From Marsupella aquatica (Eukaryota > Plantae > Marchantiophyta): 64,000 nucleotides of DNA. Position 1 is the stretch's first letter. Each line of letters starts with the position of its first letter. Under the pieces are notes generated by a model. The model was not told the DNA's origin. It saw nothing but the letters and a program-made list of their open reading frames with translations, and did not search any database. Shown here one piece after another: positions 22,079-36,056 of this stretch. The stretch is taken from contig OZ316891.1 of assembly GCA_973895155.1 (NCBI GenBank), positions 29,680,331 through 29,744,330 on the forward strand, read 5' to 3'. The translations under genes and the position numbers were made by a program.

Positions 22079-24970
22079 TCACCGGATGCTCTTCAAGATT
22101 GTTTCGGCATCTGAAACCAAAAACTCCGATGGTGCAGCTTCTACATTTAAAACCTTGACCTTCCCATTGACAATGTACGCTGACCACCTGCACAGAGAAT
22201 ACCCGGGTCAACGAGTTCACAGGTATGCCAGAAACCCAGTTTGGTTATTAAGCAAAACTTTAGGTTTTTCAAACTACCAAATGTAAACAGCACTCGAAGA
22301 AAGGAAAATGTACCTTTGTGATCGAGGTCCCAACAAAGCTCCCGACAAGTCACAATCTAAACCAAGATGTTTGTGGAATGATCCATCAAGATCTCCATAG
22401 AACTCCACCTGCAGAAGTTCGCGAGGCAGGAGATTATTGACATTCAATTCTATGGCTTCATGACTGACGGCCATATGAGATTGCTTTGGGAACCCCGTCT
22501 CCAGGTAGTCTTTCCATGAAAATATAGAGATAACTCTCGGTAGCACCTGACACAGACTCGCAGACTCCAGGCCATGAACCCAGCTATGAGACACTATCCC
22601 AATTGTACAACTTTCTGTGACAGAGCCCACATCATCGTTTGCAAAATGGAAGTCTACCAGTTGGGCACGGCTTTCGTATAAACAAGGTACTGCAAGGAAA
22701 AATTTATCCAGATGAAGTCCACGCCAGTATTATTTGTGAACTGCAGATTTTGTGCAATCAACTAGCAGGCATTATAGGGATGAACCTAGCTTTAGGGAGA
22801 TTTACTTTTCTGCCAAGCACAAGCATTACACACAACTGACAAAGTTGAGCGCATTAAATCCATGAACTAAACAGTTCACCTTGTAGGACTTACCTTGTTT
22901 TTTGCCTTCAGACCCTCCGCCCATGCATTCATAACATATGGATCATTCACTGAGACACAAATAATATTGTCGACGCCCTTGTCTTTAATCTCGTCAGCAA
23001 GGTGCACGTAGCTGGGCACATGTTGTTGAGAACAAACACCTGTATATGCTCCCTGGACAGCAGTGCATCCATAACAGGGGTTCAGTATCGAAGAGATACT
23101 TTAGGGGACTAAGATACACAAAGCAAATTTAACTCCCACTAGAGTAAATCAAGGCTTCAACGCTACATTCACAGTGGATGCAGTGATGACAAATCATCGG
23201 CGAAGCCGTAAGCTACAATTGTTCCAGGATGCTCAACAAGGTTTGAGCACTGCACTAAGTTGCAGAGATAGAGTGATAAAATCGAACTTCATCCAACTGA
23301 CTTGAATAAGACGAGGCTGACAGTAACTGAGACTGCTGACGACCAGCACACCAAGAAGAGGAGTTGCTTCAGGGAGGTAACTACTTAGGTTTCAAACGAA
23401 ATCATCCATATCGTATAAAACACTTACAGGGAGTCCAAAGATGACCACTTTCTTGTCCTTTGTACATGCAATCAACATCAACACGATAATTAGAATTCTC
23501 AACAAGAAGCGAATTTGAAAAGGGGCTAGTGATCTAAATCAGACACTGCATGTTGCTTGTCGCAAACAGGACTCTCAATGGGTGGATGTGGTAATGGTCA
23601 TGTAATTTGTGGGCCTTTCCTATGAAGCCCCAAAAATTTATCCTTGGTCCCTCGAGGTTTATTATGAGTTTTCTAGGTCTTAGTCAGAAAGAGGGATCAT
23701 GTGTAAAGGCTAAAACCCGGGTCTTCATGAGGGTCTTGGAAATCATTTGAAACAGACTAGTTTAGGAAACCTTGAATGGATCAATAGAAATCAACGCAAT
23801 AGCAAGTGTTGCAACTCTTAATCTTAGGCTAGCGAGGTAGTAGATGGAAATAGACATGAAAACGAACTCGGCGAGACCTGCAATTTCAACGGCAGAAGAG
23901 AGTGGACATTCTGCCTCCCTTTCATCATTGCCATTCTGTTGTGTAACCCATTTGGACATATTACTTCAAGGCACCCCACACATCCCTTAAGTAAGATGAC
24001 AAATGTATCAACATGCGTACGTTCTTGCCGCACACGTCTTGTGGACCTAGGTGGTGAATATAGAGAGAACTACTGTACGGCAATAGCAAAGTTGGGAACG
24101 CTCCCGGCAATGCCCAATCCACTGTCACATTTTAGCTTAATCAACCACTGACCCCAATCCCTGAATTCCGATCAGCCACAAAAATTACACCCATGGCAGG
24201 AAGAAATCTTCGATATGCCTTCCGTATCAATGATCCCAGAAAAACGCTGGACTGTGAACAATGTATAGTCCAGTGTGATTTGGGATCACAAACAATGTCC
24301 GCTCTTTCTTGTCAATTAGTATTGGGCATGATCTCAGACCAGGTTCTTTTAACCTCTCGTCAGGATCAACCTCGTCTGAGATCATGCCCAATACATGTTG
24401 ACGAAGAAAGAGTAGTCCAACAATTCGGGAAAAAGGCCCTACTCCGCTTCTCACCTTCCGTCGCTGGTAACTGAATTCGTAGCTCACGAAGGTCAGACAT
24501 TTCTTGGTTAACTTGATTCCAGGATTGAGCAGTGAAGAGAGGATAATCATGTTTTTAAGAGGGGAAGTCAAGAAGACAAGAAAGAACGGTCATGAGTGCA
24601 TCAGAACACAGAAATAAACTCTCAAAGACACGGTCCCCGGAATTTATTTGGAAGTGGCAAGGAGACAGGTGCCCAAACACCTCCATGAAATCTCGAAATC
24701 AAGGGAATGCAGGGGCAACCAGAGGTGGGCAAGGAAAGAAAGGTCTTGAACCTGAAAAATCTCCGAGAGGGGAGTGCTTTTGAACTTTGAGGCAACGCCT
24801 TCATCCCAGGTGCGAGCCTTCTGCAATGTGAGGTCCCCTTCCAGATCCACTCGACTGGGTGTGTCGGAACTAAACGCTCGCACTGCCTTCTGCTGCTGCA
24901 AGAGGAAGCTACCTTGGGCCCAGACACTGGTGCCCACTGCTCTCCCTCTGCTGATCGCTGTTCGCAACAT
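22079..24970 (-). CDS. PRXIIF: Mitochondrial type II peroxiredoxin; exons approx. 24970-24752, 23457-23428, 23052-22894, 22408-22314, 22187-22079
   Basis: Spliced translation LQKARTWDEGVASKF...EIFQ|DKKVVIFGLP|GAYTGVCSQQHVPSY...ICVSVNDPY...|VEFYGDLDGSFHK...LLGPRSQR|WSAYIVNGKVKVLNVE. Canonical GT-AG sites; Arg/Ser-rich presequence. Confidence 0.95.
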
Positions 24971-25089
24971 CTCTGCGTCCCCTGAGTGGAAATCTTGATC
25001 CCTCCCTTTCCCACAACTTTTTCCCCAATTCTCCTCTCTCTCTCTTTCTCTGTCCGATTGTCGATTGTCCGCAGAACTTCCACACCCAA

Positions 25090-25094
<5 letters not shown>

Positions 25095-25129
<35 letters not shown>
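25095..25129. repeat. (CT)n microsatellite upstream of PRXIIF
   Basis: Directly visible. Confidence 0.9.
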
Positions 25130-25133
<4 letters not shown>

Positions 25134-25583
25134 GTTCCTTCAGTGTTCTCTTTCTACTTTACATCGGTACTTTCAGATTCGGAGTTCGAGACACTATCAC
25201 CTCGTTCATGGATTCACCATGGAACAAGACATACAAGAGTTCTATGTAGGACTAGCTTAGGGACACTGAGGTTTGCTAAAATAAATAAAGTAAGCAACAT
25301 GTTTATTTATTTATCTGTACCATAACTAGCCCAATGTCCATGCTAAATGATGCTGAGCTGAAGTGTTGCTACTGAGATGGTTTGGCAGTCTGCGAGCCGG
25401 CCTGGCAACTTGATTTCCAAGAGTGTGTGCGTTGCGGGAAGAGTGGTACCGTTATGTGCATCACATGGTTAGAAAATTGTCAGTGTAATTGAACAACCAG
25501 GGACAATTTGTAAACAGCCCATGAGAAGAGGGAGGGGGATAGAATATTACAATCTTTAGATTGCAATCAAAATCTACCATTCA

Positions 25584-25615
<32 letters not shown>
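25584..25615. repeat. (CTAT)n microsatellite
   Basis: Directly visible. Confidence 0.9.
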
Positions 25616-25992
25616 AGGTTGACCGGCTCAATGCCGGTGCATTGTATCATACATTGTGTGATGCTGAGCAAAAATATTATTGAGCATAAGTGCGATATAT
25701 GGTCAGGCAATCAAATGCTTGGGGGAGCCAATGATGTGGCCTAGCAACTTGATTTTGAGGACTGTACAAGTTTCTTTGAGAGTGGCGGGTTGGGAACAGG
25801 AAAAGCGCACAATGGCACCTTATGGCTCATCTTGTGCTTAGGCACAAAAAGCCACCATAATCCAACACCCAGGGAGTCTTCCCACTACACTGACTTCTTT
25901 GTAAACAGGCCATGAGAAAGGAAAAAGCAAGATTGCAAGTTTTTGTGTTTAAAATTTGTGATCAAAGTCTACCATTTCTTGAAGCATTCTCC

Positions 25993-26060
25993 ATAGTAAC
26001 AAGAGTTAGTATGGTAACAAGAGTTAGCATAGTAACAAGAATTAGCATAGTAACAAGAGA
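25993..26060. repeat. 18-bp minisatellite (catagtaacaagagttag), about four copies
   Basis: Directly visible. Confidence 0.85.
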
Positions 26061-27381
26061 AATTCTGAGTTTTCGAGTAATTATGCTTGTGAGTGGGGAC
26101 GGGCATGGGAGTCTGGGTGCAAGGAGCCCTTCCTGTGTATACACATGGGTATCCGGGCTAGTACCTATTGAAAATTTCAGTGGGGACAAAAATTAGGTAG
26201 TTTTACAAAAAAGAGAGTTTTTTTTCAAAAACATAGTTTAGGTATATTCTAGTCAGCATTTTAATACAACTCTGATATATCAGTGTATGGATCATATTTA
26301 AAATAAACAAATGAAATCTACTTAGATATTTATGGCATTGCACTAAATATGATAATTAATTAAGGGTGATTGTCCGTCCCTAGGATAGTGGGCCAGCTCA
26401 GGTGGCCAGGAGGTCTCAATTTCAATCCACGCCCTGACAATTTTTTCCAGATTCTGATCCTACTCTAGCATCTAGTATGTGTTCATTTGTACCAAACCGC
26501 TTTTGGAGGGTAAAATGTGTTGTGCATATGTGCTTGTGAGGGTAAAATGTGTTGTGCCATATGTGCTTGTGGTAGTTGTAGGTATAATAAAATAAACAGC
26601 TTTTTAGTAACCTGTCCCCCTAACTGCTCGAATTTAGCATCCAGTCCCCAAAATGAAGATATTTATAACCTGTCCCCCTTTCCGTATGTGGGTTACCAGT
26701 AGTCGTATACTATGTGACCTGAGCTGCTTGGAGAGGCGCTAGTGGCCTACAATTTATCTGGCAGTATCCCTGGTCAGCCCTTCCCCATTTCTCATTGCGA
26801 TGCATCCTGGGAAAGCCCGATACGTTTTGCACGTACATGCCCTCATTTTTCCTCCCGAAAACATTTCACAAATGTGCACACATTTCTTGATTGTCCGGTG
26901 TCATCTTCGGTTCGATTACATTTCATTCTTTGTGCTGGCTGTGGCTGAGGACGAAGATCATGCTGGCGAAGGGAGACCAACATGTGCTCATTCACAGGTT
27001 CTTTTCGGGTGAAAGACAAGAAGACACAAAATGCAGTCTCCCTTGTCACACCATTATGAGTAGTGTAGTAGTATATCGTGCTATTAGAGTATGTACGTTT
27101 GGTATGAGTGCTATTGAAGCCGATAAGGTTCCATCAGGTTTGTGTGAGAGGGTACTTCTCACTTGTGAGGCAATGAAAGGTCATCTTTCAATGTTGAGCC
27201 TTGGAGAGAGAGGAGCTTGAGGAGCCTGAGTGTGGCTATGGTGGCTGTGAGCTCCGCTTGTGTAACGTGGATTCCTTGAGTAGTGCAAGGTGCGTTGGCT
27301 TGACATACGTTTGTGATCGGATCGGTGCGGGATCGATGGGGTATTGTTGACCGGGATCATTGTGCCGATTGTATTGAGATT

Positions 27382-27393
27382 ACATTGAAAGAT
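27382..27393 (+). promoter_or_regulatory. Candidate self-priming PBS of element 2
   Basis: acattgaaagat (27382-27393) is the exact reverse complement of atctttcaatgt (27183-27194), which is preceded by tc (TCA Inr-like). It lies about 340 bp from the 5' end, versus about 360 bp in element 1. Confidence 0.7.
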
Positions 27394-27887
27394 CAGATGC
27401 GAACTCTGTTGTGTGGACTGTGCAAACAGAAGTTCGTTTCGGATTGATTGAGTTGGTGACGGTTTGTGGAAATCGTTTCAATCTGTTGCGTGGATCCGTG
27501 GTATCTCGGATCTCATTGAGTAGATCGTTAGTCCTTCAATCTGCTGCAGTTTGTGTTGGCGAATGCTATTTTGAGGAAAGAGATCACAGATCGTTGAAGA
27601 TCGCAGATCGCTCATTGTGTCACCGGATCTGGGCACATAACGCTGCTGTTGTAGCCGAGTTTGAATGTTGGTTTTTGTGGAGGAAAGCATTCTGCGAATG
27701 TTGGCGGATCGTCGGACAGTGGAAGTCATCCGCAAGGCTTTAGATCTGATTTTCGACTACTGCGATAAGGCGCAAGTGAAGCGGCGATCTGCCGATGCTC
27801 CGCGCGGTTATGTGGAAGGGCCAATCCGTGCGAAGTTGCTGCAACTCGCGGATCCGATCGGCAGGGCGCCGACTGCTCGCAGCTGAT

Positions 27888-28062
27888 CCGCAACTCTCGA
27901 CTGTCCGTCGTTCTGTGAAGGGAAACTGAGAGACGGAAATCTGAATGTTGCCGAAACTCGATTTGGCGTCCGTCGCCTGCTGATTCGCAACTCCCGACTG
28001 TTCATCGTTCTGTGAAGGGAAACTGAGAGACGGAAATCTGAATGTTGCTGAAACTCGATTCG
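27888..28062. repeat. Tandem duplication (about 97-bp period) in the element 2 leader
   Basis: cgcaactc.cgactg...tcgttctgtgaagggaaactgagagacggaaatctgaatgttgc.gaaactcgatt occurs twice. Confidence 0.85.
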
Positions 28063-28770
28063 GCGTAGCGGGCGTGAAGGGCTCACCCTTTGGCTCATCT
28101 CGGCATTTTGAGGCTCCGAGGCAACTCGTGGTTACTCGGGATGAGGGGCGTGAGGGTGGAGCAGGAGCGGGCGGGCTTGCTGGTACGTGAGGAGTACTTG
28201 CAAGTGCTGTCATTTTGGAGTGGCAGATTTGGTGCATAATGACAAGTGAGAGGTCACCCATCCCAAAGCTATTCCTCCTCTCATGCGCTTAACTAACAAG
28301 TTTCTATGTGGTGCATTGTACATGCTTCCTTCCACATTTGATGTCCAAGGAATGAGGCCCTAGGGGTTTTATGCACTTTTGAATTCATCTAGATACTCTA
28401 TTTTAGCTAGTTTGCGATGGATTCTTGAATATTTGACCCGGGATTCTTGAAGCCTATTATGAAGGCCCTACATTGAACTATATGCACATTATTTACATGT
28501 ATTTCTGATTGATTGGTGTGGAGAGTTGTGGTAAATCCTCTTCTTGTTGTTGGATCCTCTCCACACATGCTTCCTGTTTATGCGCCATGTTAGTTTGGCG
28601 TGGGCGCTTGATTCTATAGGAGTGATCCGGGTTTGCAACCGGACATTCTAGTTGTGCTATGTATTTCTCTCCTGGTGATGTTGGAGTGATGCCCAACACA
28701 CCATGGTGAGTGTTTGTGGTGCTGACAGGGATAGATTGCCTTTAGGGTTAGCACATAGATTAGGTTAGGG

Positions 28771-31700
28771 TTGGTCACCACGGATTCTTCTGGTGCTGCT
28801 GGATTACCCGATGAACGACGGACCGGTTTCACTCGGAGTGGGGCACAGTTTCGGCCAGCGGCATTGGTAGCAGTCAGCAGTGCAGCTTCAGATAGTGATT
28901 ATGATGAGGACTCAGTGACCAGTTCTCCTCGTCATCAGGTGGTTGCACCTTTGTTGTGGGATATGGACGAGATGTACGGGGCTACAAAGGGCCCACGACG
29001 ATACTCTGGTGCAGTTGGCACAATTGATCTGGATGACTTCATCCAGGAGTTTGATACGTGGTGCGATATGCAGACATTGCGTAACGTCACGTTGTTTACC
29101 CCTTTCATGGCATGGAAGAGATTATTTCAGCATTTGGAGGGGCCACCCATGGATGACTACCATGAGTTTTGGAAGGCTCATTTGGTTGAGATTGAGGCAT
29201 GGAGGCAGCATTGGTCACCTAATTACGTGTCCATCACCTATGGCACTAGTGCGGCTGCCCAACCCATTGCCATAGCTATTGCCTCTTCTAGCAGCACTAG
29301 CCAGAGTGGCACACCATCCACCAGCAGCACTCCAACAGCATCCACCGCTACTCCTACCGGTGTGATTGTGACAGGAACTGGAGTTGCGCCAGCATTTAAT
29401 CCTGTGGTGGAATTCTTTGAGGTACTGAAGCAGAACTATCAGGGTGTGAGAACTGATAAGTTGACGGGTCTTCAGGAGTTCCAACGCAAGACTGGAGAGA
29501 GCCTACGTGAGGCATACACACGTATGCGCAGATTGATCACTGTCACCAAGGGAGTGACAGAGGCTCAGGCAGTCCAGTTTTGGTATGCAATTCTGGATAG
29601 AGAATTGTGACGTAGAGTGAGAGATGTCACTCTGCTTAGGGATGCAGATCCCACATTAGCAGTTGTTTTCACCCTTTCTGAGCGCATTGAGCTCAATATG
29701 GTGAATGAGAAGGTGGTGACTTCTGGATTTGCCAAGGAAGCACCAAAGGCTGCATCTACATCCACACCACAGCCTATTGCACGGAAGAGCCAGAGGGAGA
29801 AGCCTACTGCATGAGAGTCTACCAGCCAGAGACCTGTGTCCTCTTATGCTGGACAGCAGTCAGGATGTTGGACCTGTGGTGGGGATCATGCACAGAGATA
29901 TTGTCCAGATCATAGAGGATCAGGGGGAGCATCAGCGCCTGATCAGCGACAGTGTGATCACTGTGGAGCTCCTGGACACACCAAGGATAGGTGTTCTCAC
30001 TCCATCCTGAGTTACGGAGAGGAGGATCCCGTACACATGATCAGGGAAGAGGAGGAGGAGGTAGAGGTGGTGGACGTGGTCGTGGCATGCCACATGCAGG
30101 GAGACAGGGAGGTGACGCTGCCCCTGCTGTAACCATAGATCCAAAGGATGCTAAGATTGCTCAATTGGAGCAACAGCTAGCTGCCATGGCTAGTTCCCAA
30201 GTGAGACCTACATCTGGTGATGGGGCATCTACATCCTATGGACCTTCCACATCCCATGGTCCTTCCACATCTTATGGAGCTGATGGAGATCTTGCCACCA
30301 TGGGATTCATGTGTGGCACTGCACATATTGATGCATCAGCAGCTTTAACACGTGGGGCAGCCAAAGCTCTTGAGCCCCGAGGAGCAGTAGTGGAGCTAGA
30401 TCCACAGAGGGGGGATGCACGTCGGCAGACAAAGCTTCCTCAGTCTTTTACATTGTCAGAGACAGTTCACACTGCCTCTATGAACCCTGTTTGGACAAAC
30501 CCTGATGTGGGTAAGTTGGCAGAATCAGGTAGTGATGCAGCAGGGATGACAAGTACCTTGCTGGGGGCGGCTACTGCCATGGTACGTGCCCCATTATTTT
30601 CAGCGGCAGACATGCTGAACTTGGGAGTTGGTCCTGCATAAGTGTTTAGATTGGCAGCTACACTCTGTGAGGACACTCTAGTTGTTGCTTCCCATGCAGA
30701 AGCAACTTGTAGTGTTGAAGCAGTGAAGACCATACCACCTACTGCTACTCGTGAGACATGGCATGCAGCAGCAGCGAGGTTGGTGGATTTACCAGCACGC
30801 CCTGCATTTGAGAGGACTAGGTTTAAACCTAGTGTTGTGTCATTGGATAATCGGAGTGGTATCTTTCGATTAGTTGGGCCTTCTGGAGCAGTATACCAGC
30901 CAGAGAGAGTGTTACTGGACGCTGGTGCTCAGCCCTTGATGTTGGGGAAGTCTGCCATACATGGATTGAGATTGCGTCCAAAGGATTTGGAGGATTGTCC
31001 CTTTCCCATTCAGACTTCATTGGGGGGACCTACACCTACATAGCATATCACCAGGAGACCACTTGATTTGAGGATTTAGGAAGGTCATACCATAGATAGC
31101 TCACAGATACAGGCGCGAGCTATTCTAACTAAGGCAGAGTCATATGATGTGTTGGTGGGATGTACAGTGCTCTACCCCATGGGATTTATTCTTGATTTTT
31201 GGGAGGAATCAGTGTCATATAGACCTGATTGGCAGTCAGGAGATACTCGATTGAGAAAATTGCCAGTGAGATTTAGTGGACCTGTGGGAGGCCCTAAATC
31301 CACACCATTGTCTTTGGCAGCATTCAGTTGTGTAATTGCTGGACCTGATGATTTGATTGAGGGTAATGCGCATGCAGCCGATGTTCCACCATTGGAGGAG
31401 TCTCATGAGGAGCACATCATGCGAGGATTACCTGTTGGCAGTGTTGTGCCACCAGTGTGGGGCACTGCACAAGCCTTGCCACAGGCAGCAGCACGATTGG
31501 TACATGATGCATGGCGTCATGCTTTTACACCACAGTCAGGAGTAGAGCAGTCTCTTGCAGATGGACCTGTGACTCTTTCACCATTGGATACCACTCCTAT
31601 TGCTTGGCAATATCCACCGGAGGGTATTTGTTTGTTGGATCTTTTTGGTGGGATTAGCACTGGATTGGCTGCTGTTCTTCAGGCAGGAATTCCTGTGCGT

Positions 31701-34700
31701 CGTTATTTGTATGTGGAGACAGATGAGACAGCACGGAGGGTCTCATTGCGACATGTGGCTATATTGGTGGATAGATATCCACAGTTGCTGCCAGTGGATG
31801 CTGTTCGTGGTTATCAGCATGCACTACCTGCTGATATTTCATTATTGGGGGCGGATCATCTACATCGTGTTGGCCCCATTGATTTGGTGATTGCTGGTTG
31901 GCCATGTCAGGGCCAATCTAGAGCTGGCATTGGGCATGGACTTCATGATCCACGCTCTGCATTGTTTTGGGAGATGTTACGGGTGCTGCGTCATCTCCAA
32001 CTACATCAGACACAGTCTCCAGCATACATTTTGGAGAATGTGCCATTGTTAGGTGATGATCATAGTCGGATTGTTGCCAGTGTTCACCAGGTGAGGTCTT
32101 GGATTGGACCTGCTGTGTTATTGGATGCTGCACGTGTGGGTTCTCGTGCACATCATCCACGCTTGTGGTGGACTAATTTGATCCCATGTGAGGTGCTGAA
32201 GCACGCATTTGACAGCATTCCACGCTCACCAGCCTTAGTGGTGGATGATATTTTGGATCCAGGGCGTCGGGCATAGGGTGTGACCCAACCTGATAGACCT
32301 CCATTGGCAATGGTCAATGCAGTTGGGTGCCCACGTTGTGCATTACCCACTCTTGTAAGCCACTCTGCTTCATATGCATTCAGAGCAGGTGGCCTTGGAC
32401 TTGTGTGGGACACAGCTCTCCAGCAGTTAGTGGAGCCTACTACTAATGAGAGAGAGCGTGCTATGGGATTCTTGACTGGCACCACTACAGTTGCCTCTGT
32501 GTCAGAGGGTTTGCGACGCCAGGTTCTTGGTCAAGCAATGGACCTGAATTGTTTGACTTGGATTATCAGCTTGGGAGTAGCTGAACAGTTGCGGATGCGC
32601 TCTGCTGGAATTACTGATTGTCCCTTGGTGAGCTTGCGGTCCACTGAGACAGTATTGACCACAGCTGGGGGTGAGCAGACAGTCCATGGACCTATGGCAG
32701 GATTGGCCAAGGCTGGACAGATTGTTGAGTAGGAAGGGACTGCTTAATCTACTGCTAAATAGCAATCATCGGCTATCTCTTCTACCCTACAAAGAGATAT
32801 TAGGGATTTGGTGGAGAGTTGGGAACCACAGCTTGGCCCTAAGTTAACAGGGGAGGAGAGACGTCGCATGCATCGATTCCTGAAGAGTTATTGGAATTGT
32901 TTTGCATTCAGCATGAAGGATTTGGGGACACTGAAGGGCCCTGGTATTCAGATTGAATTGGCTAGTGATGCGCCAATCTTTCGTAGACCATACCGTTATA
33001 GTGACATGGAGAGAGCTCTGATTCAAAGCAGAACTCAAGATTTGTTGGAGGCTGGATTGGTGGAGATTTCATATGGGGAGTATGCATCTACCACAGTGAT
33101 GCGAGCCAAGAAGGATGTGCATGGCAATTACACAGATAGGCGCATGTGTGGTGATTACAGACCTATTAATCGCCAGACAAAATCTGATCGATATGCCATG
33201 CCCACACCTGAGGAGATCTTTGATGCTGTGGGGCATGCAAAGGTTTTCAGTTCATTGGATCTGAGGGCATAGTACCATCAGCTTCCAATTAGGCATGCTG
33301 ACAGGTCCAAGACAGCATTCTGGGGGATTGATTCTTATGGCAAAGATCATTTGTATCAGTGGTTATTCTTACCATTTGGGTTGAAGAATGCACCAGCTGA
33401 GTTCCAGAGAGTCATGGATCGAATCCTTGCAGGTTTGGATTTTGTCAGATGTTATATTGATGATATTTTGGTCTATTCTTCTACTGTGGAAGAACATCAA
33501 CAGCACTTGCAGATTGTGTTAGAGAGATTGAGAGCACATGGGTTGAAGCTCCATCTTGGCAAGTGTAAGTTCTTCCAAGACCAGATTGAGTATTTGGGCC
33601 ACACTATATACCCAGAGGGATTGGGTGTACAGTAGACTAAAGTGGAGGCCATTACACAAATTCCTTGTCCTACTGATGTGAGTAGAGTTCGTGCATTCTT
33701 GGGATGGGCGAGCTACTACAGGAGGTATGTTAAAGGATTTAGCCAGCTTGCTAAACCTTTGACCATACTCACTAAGTTGGATCAGGAATGGATTTGGGGT
33801 GATGACCAGGAGCATGCCTTTCAGGAGTTGAAGCAAAGGTTGGCATCATCCCCTATTTTGAGAAGACCCATTTCAGGCAGACCATTTCAGCTACACATTG
33901 ATTGGAGTGGAGTAGGACTTGGAGCAGTGCTGACTCAGAAGGATGATGAGGGGAATGAGTTTGTTGTGGCTTATGCCAATAGATCAAACAATTCAGCAGA
34001 GGCTAAGTATAGCTCTTATGAGGGAGAGTGTTTGGCAGCAGTGTGGGCTGTTGCACACTTTCGTTGCTACTTGTTTGGTAACCCCTTCACCTTGATCACT
34101 GATCATCAGCCTCTTAAGTGGTTAATGGAGTCTGACAAGCTTACAGGGAAGCTTGCACGATGGCATTGTTGTTACAGGAGTATGATTTCCAGGTGGTGCA
34201 TAGGCCTGGAAAAGTGAACTTGGATGCAGATGGATTAAGCCGCAATCCATGTACCAGTCAGCAAGATGAGACTGGAGCTAGATGGCATGATGAGTCAGAT
34301 AAGGAGATGGTGCCAGGATGGCATGCATCTGCCTTTCTTTGTTGGGTGCCAGCATACAGTGGATCTGTGGACTCTACCTCATTGGATGGAGTGGATGATG
34401 AGTCTTCAGATGTGGATGTTGGTGAGGTAACTTCTGGACAACAAGATATTCACAATGACGTGAGAGTGTTGGAATATCTGCGCAGTGGTTCTATTGTTGG
34501 CAGTGTTGATGCCAAAGAACGTGACAGGGTTCTACAAAGAGCCAAGAGGTTTCGATGGGAGGGAAACCATCTTTTGAGAGTACTGCATGATGATAGGATG
34601 TTGGTGGTACCAAAACCATCACAACAAGTATATTTGGTGCGACATGCGCACGAGGAGTTGGGTCACTTTGGTGTGAAGCGCACTTACAGCTTGCTGCAGA

Positions 34701-35886
34701 CACAGTATTGGTGGCGTGGTATGCACACTCATGTCCAGCAGTTGATAGCTAAGTGTGTGGTATGCGATAGAGTGAGAGCATCATTTAATGCTCCCACTCC
34801 CCAGTTGCACCCGTTGCCGATCATGGGTTTGGGATATCGTTGGAGTTTGGATTTTGCTGGTCCATTACCTCTTACCCAACGTCATAATCGATATGTTTTG
34901 GTCATGGTGGAGCACTTCTCCAAGTGGATTGAACTAGTAGCGTTGCCAGATAAGCCAGTGGAGGAGTTGCTGCTACATTTTTGGATCGTGTACTCAGTCA
35001 TTTTGGAGCACCAGCTGAGGTGTTGACTGATCAGGGAACTGAGTTCCGTGGAGAGTTTGAGAGTTTGTGTGAACAAGCTCTGATTGATCATCGTACTACC
35101 TCTCGTGATCATCCTGAGGCAGATGGATTAGCTGAGAGAGTTGTGCAAACTGTGAAGAGAGGATTGCGTAAGTATGGCTTGCAGGTTGGTCATCTGGGAG
35201 ATTGGGATCTCCAGCTACCTTGGTTAGCTATGGGCTACCATTTCAGTCGGCAAGCATCACTTGCATCATTCTCACCTTACTTTTTGCTCTATGGTAGAGA
35301 GCCAGATTTGCCAGCAGCTATTCGTCGTGATGCTGCATCAGTTGTGAACTTGGATGATCCTGATGTTTGGGTCAAGGTGTGTTCAGAGAGAGCACGGGTA
35401 TTTCAGCGAGTGATGCCCATGGCTTTCGACAACCTTGTCATTGCCCAACATCGTGATACTTTGAGGTATGCCACTATTTGTGGAGGAGGTTACCGTGCAA
35501 GCATTCGACGATTTCATCCTGGTGATTATGTTTATTTGCAGCAGACAGCACCCACCACACTTGATGTGACCGCAGGCCGGACAATCTTACGTGTGCGTGA
35601 AGTGTTGCCTTTTGGTGTCCTGATGTTGGAGGGACGCGATGGTATGGTTTGGAAGGATCATGTGCGCAACTGTGCACCATGTCACCTTCCCAACATTGAT
35701 GGTACAGTAGATCCAAGCTTGGCACATGTTCGTGCTGGCTTGAAATGTATGTTGTGTGGATCTGCTCAAGGAGCAGCTACTATGTTGATTTGTGATCAGT
35801 GTTCTAGAGGATGGCACATGTCATGTTTGACACCACCATTGCAGGTGATTCCTAGTGGATCATGGTTGTGTCCTCAGTGTCGGTGA
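28771..35886 (+). pseudogene. Element 2 gag-pol polyprotein, degenerate (many stops and frameshifts)
   Basis: Gag FQRKTGESLREAYTR; knuckles CWTCGGDH...C and CDHCGAPGHTKDRC; protease LDAGAQ; RT RMCGDYRPIN, LPFGLKNAP, YIDD; RNase H LHIDWS; integrase HEELGH...CVVC, WSLDFAG, LTDQG, DGLAER; PHD CMLC...ICDQCSRGWHMSC...WLCPQC. Confidence 0.9.
31623..32570 (+). pseudogene. C5 cytosine DNA methyltransferase domain in element 2 (one in-frame TAG at 32274)
   Basis: LDLFGG, YVETD, AGWPCQGQS (canonical PCQ), LENV, AHHPRLWWTN, ERERAMGF, VLGQAM. Confidence 0.9.
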
Positions 35887-36049
35887 AGCCGACTAGTTAT
35901 CATTTGTGTTCTCTTGGCAGATATGGATTGCAGGTAGGTGATCGATGGGGCTCACTTGCACCCGGCCTCCTGATCTTCACACCTAAAAAGGTGTATATCA
36001 ACCTTGTAGAACTCATGGCTAGCTAGAGTAGGGGACCTTACTCCCAGCT

Positions 36050-36056
36050 AGGGGGG
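36050..36056 (+). promoter_or_regulatory. Polypurine tract (AGGGGGG) of element 2
   Basis: G-run downstream of the pol stop and 140 bp before the CA terminus; same position as the G8 of element 1. Confidence 0.6.
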
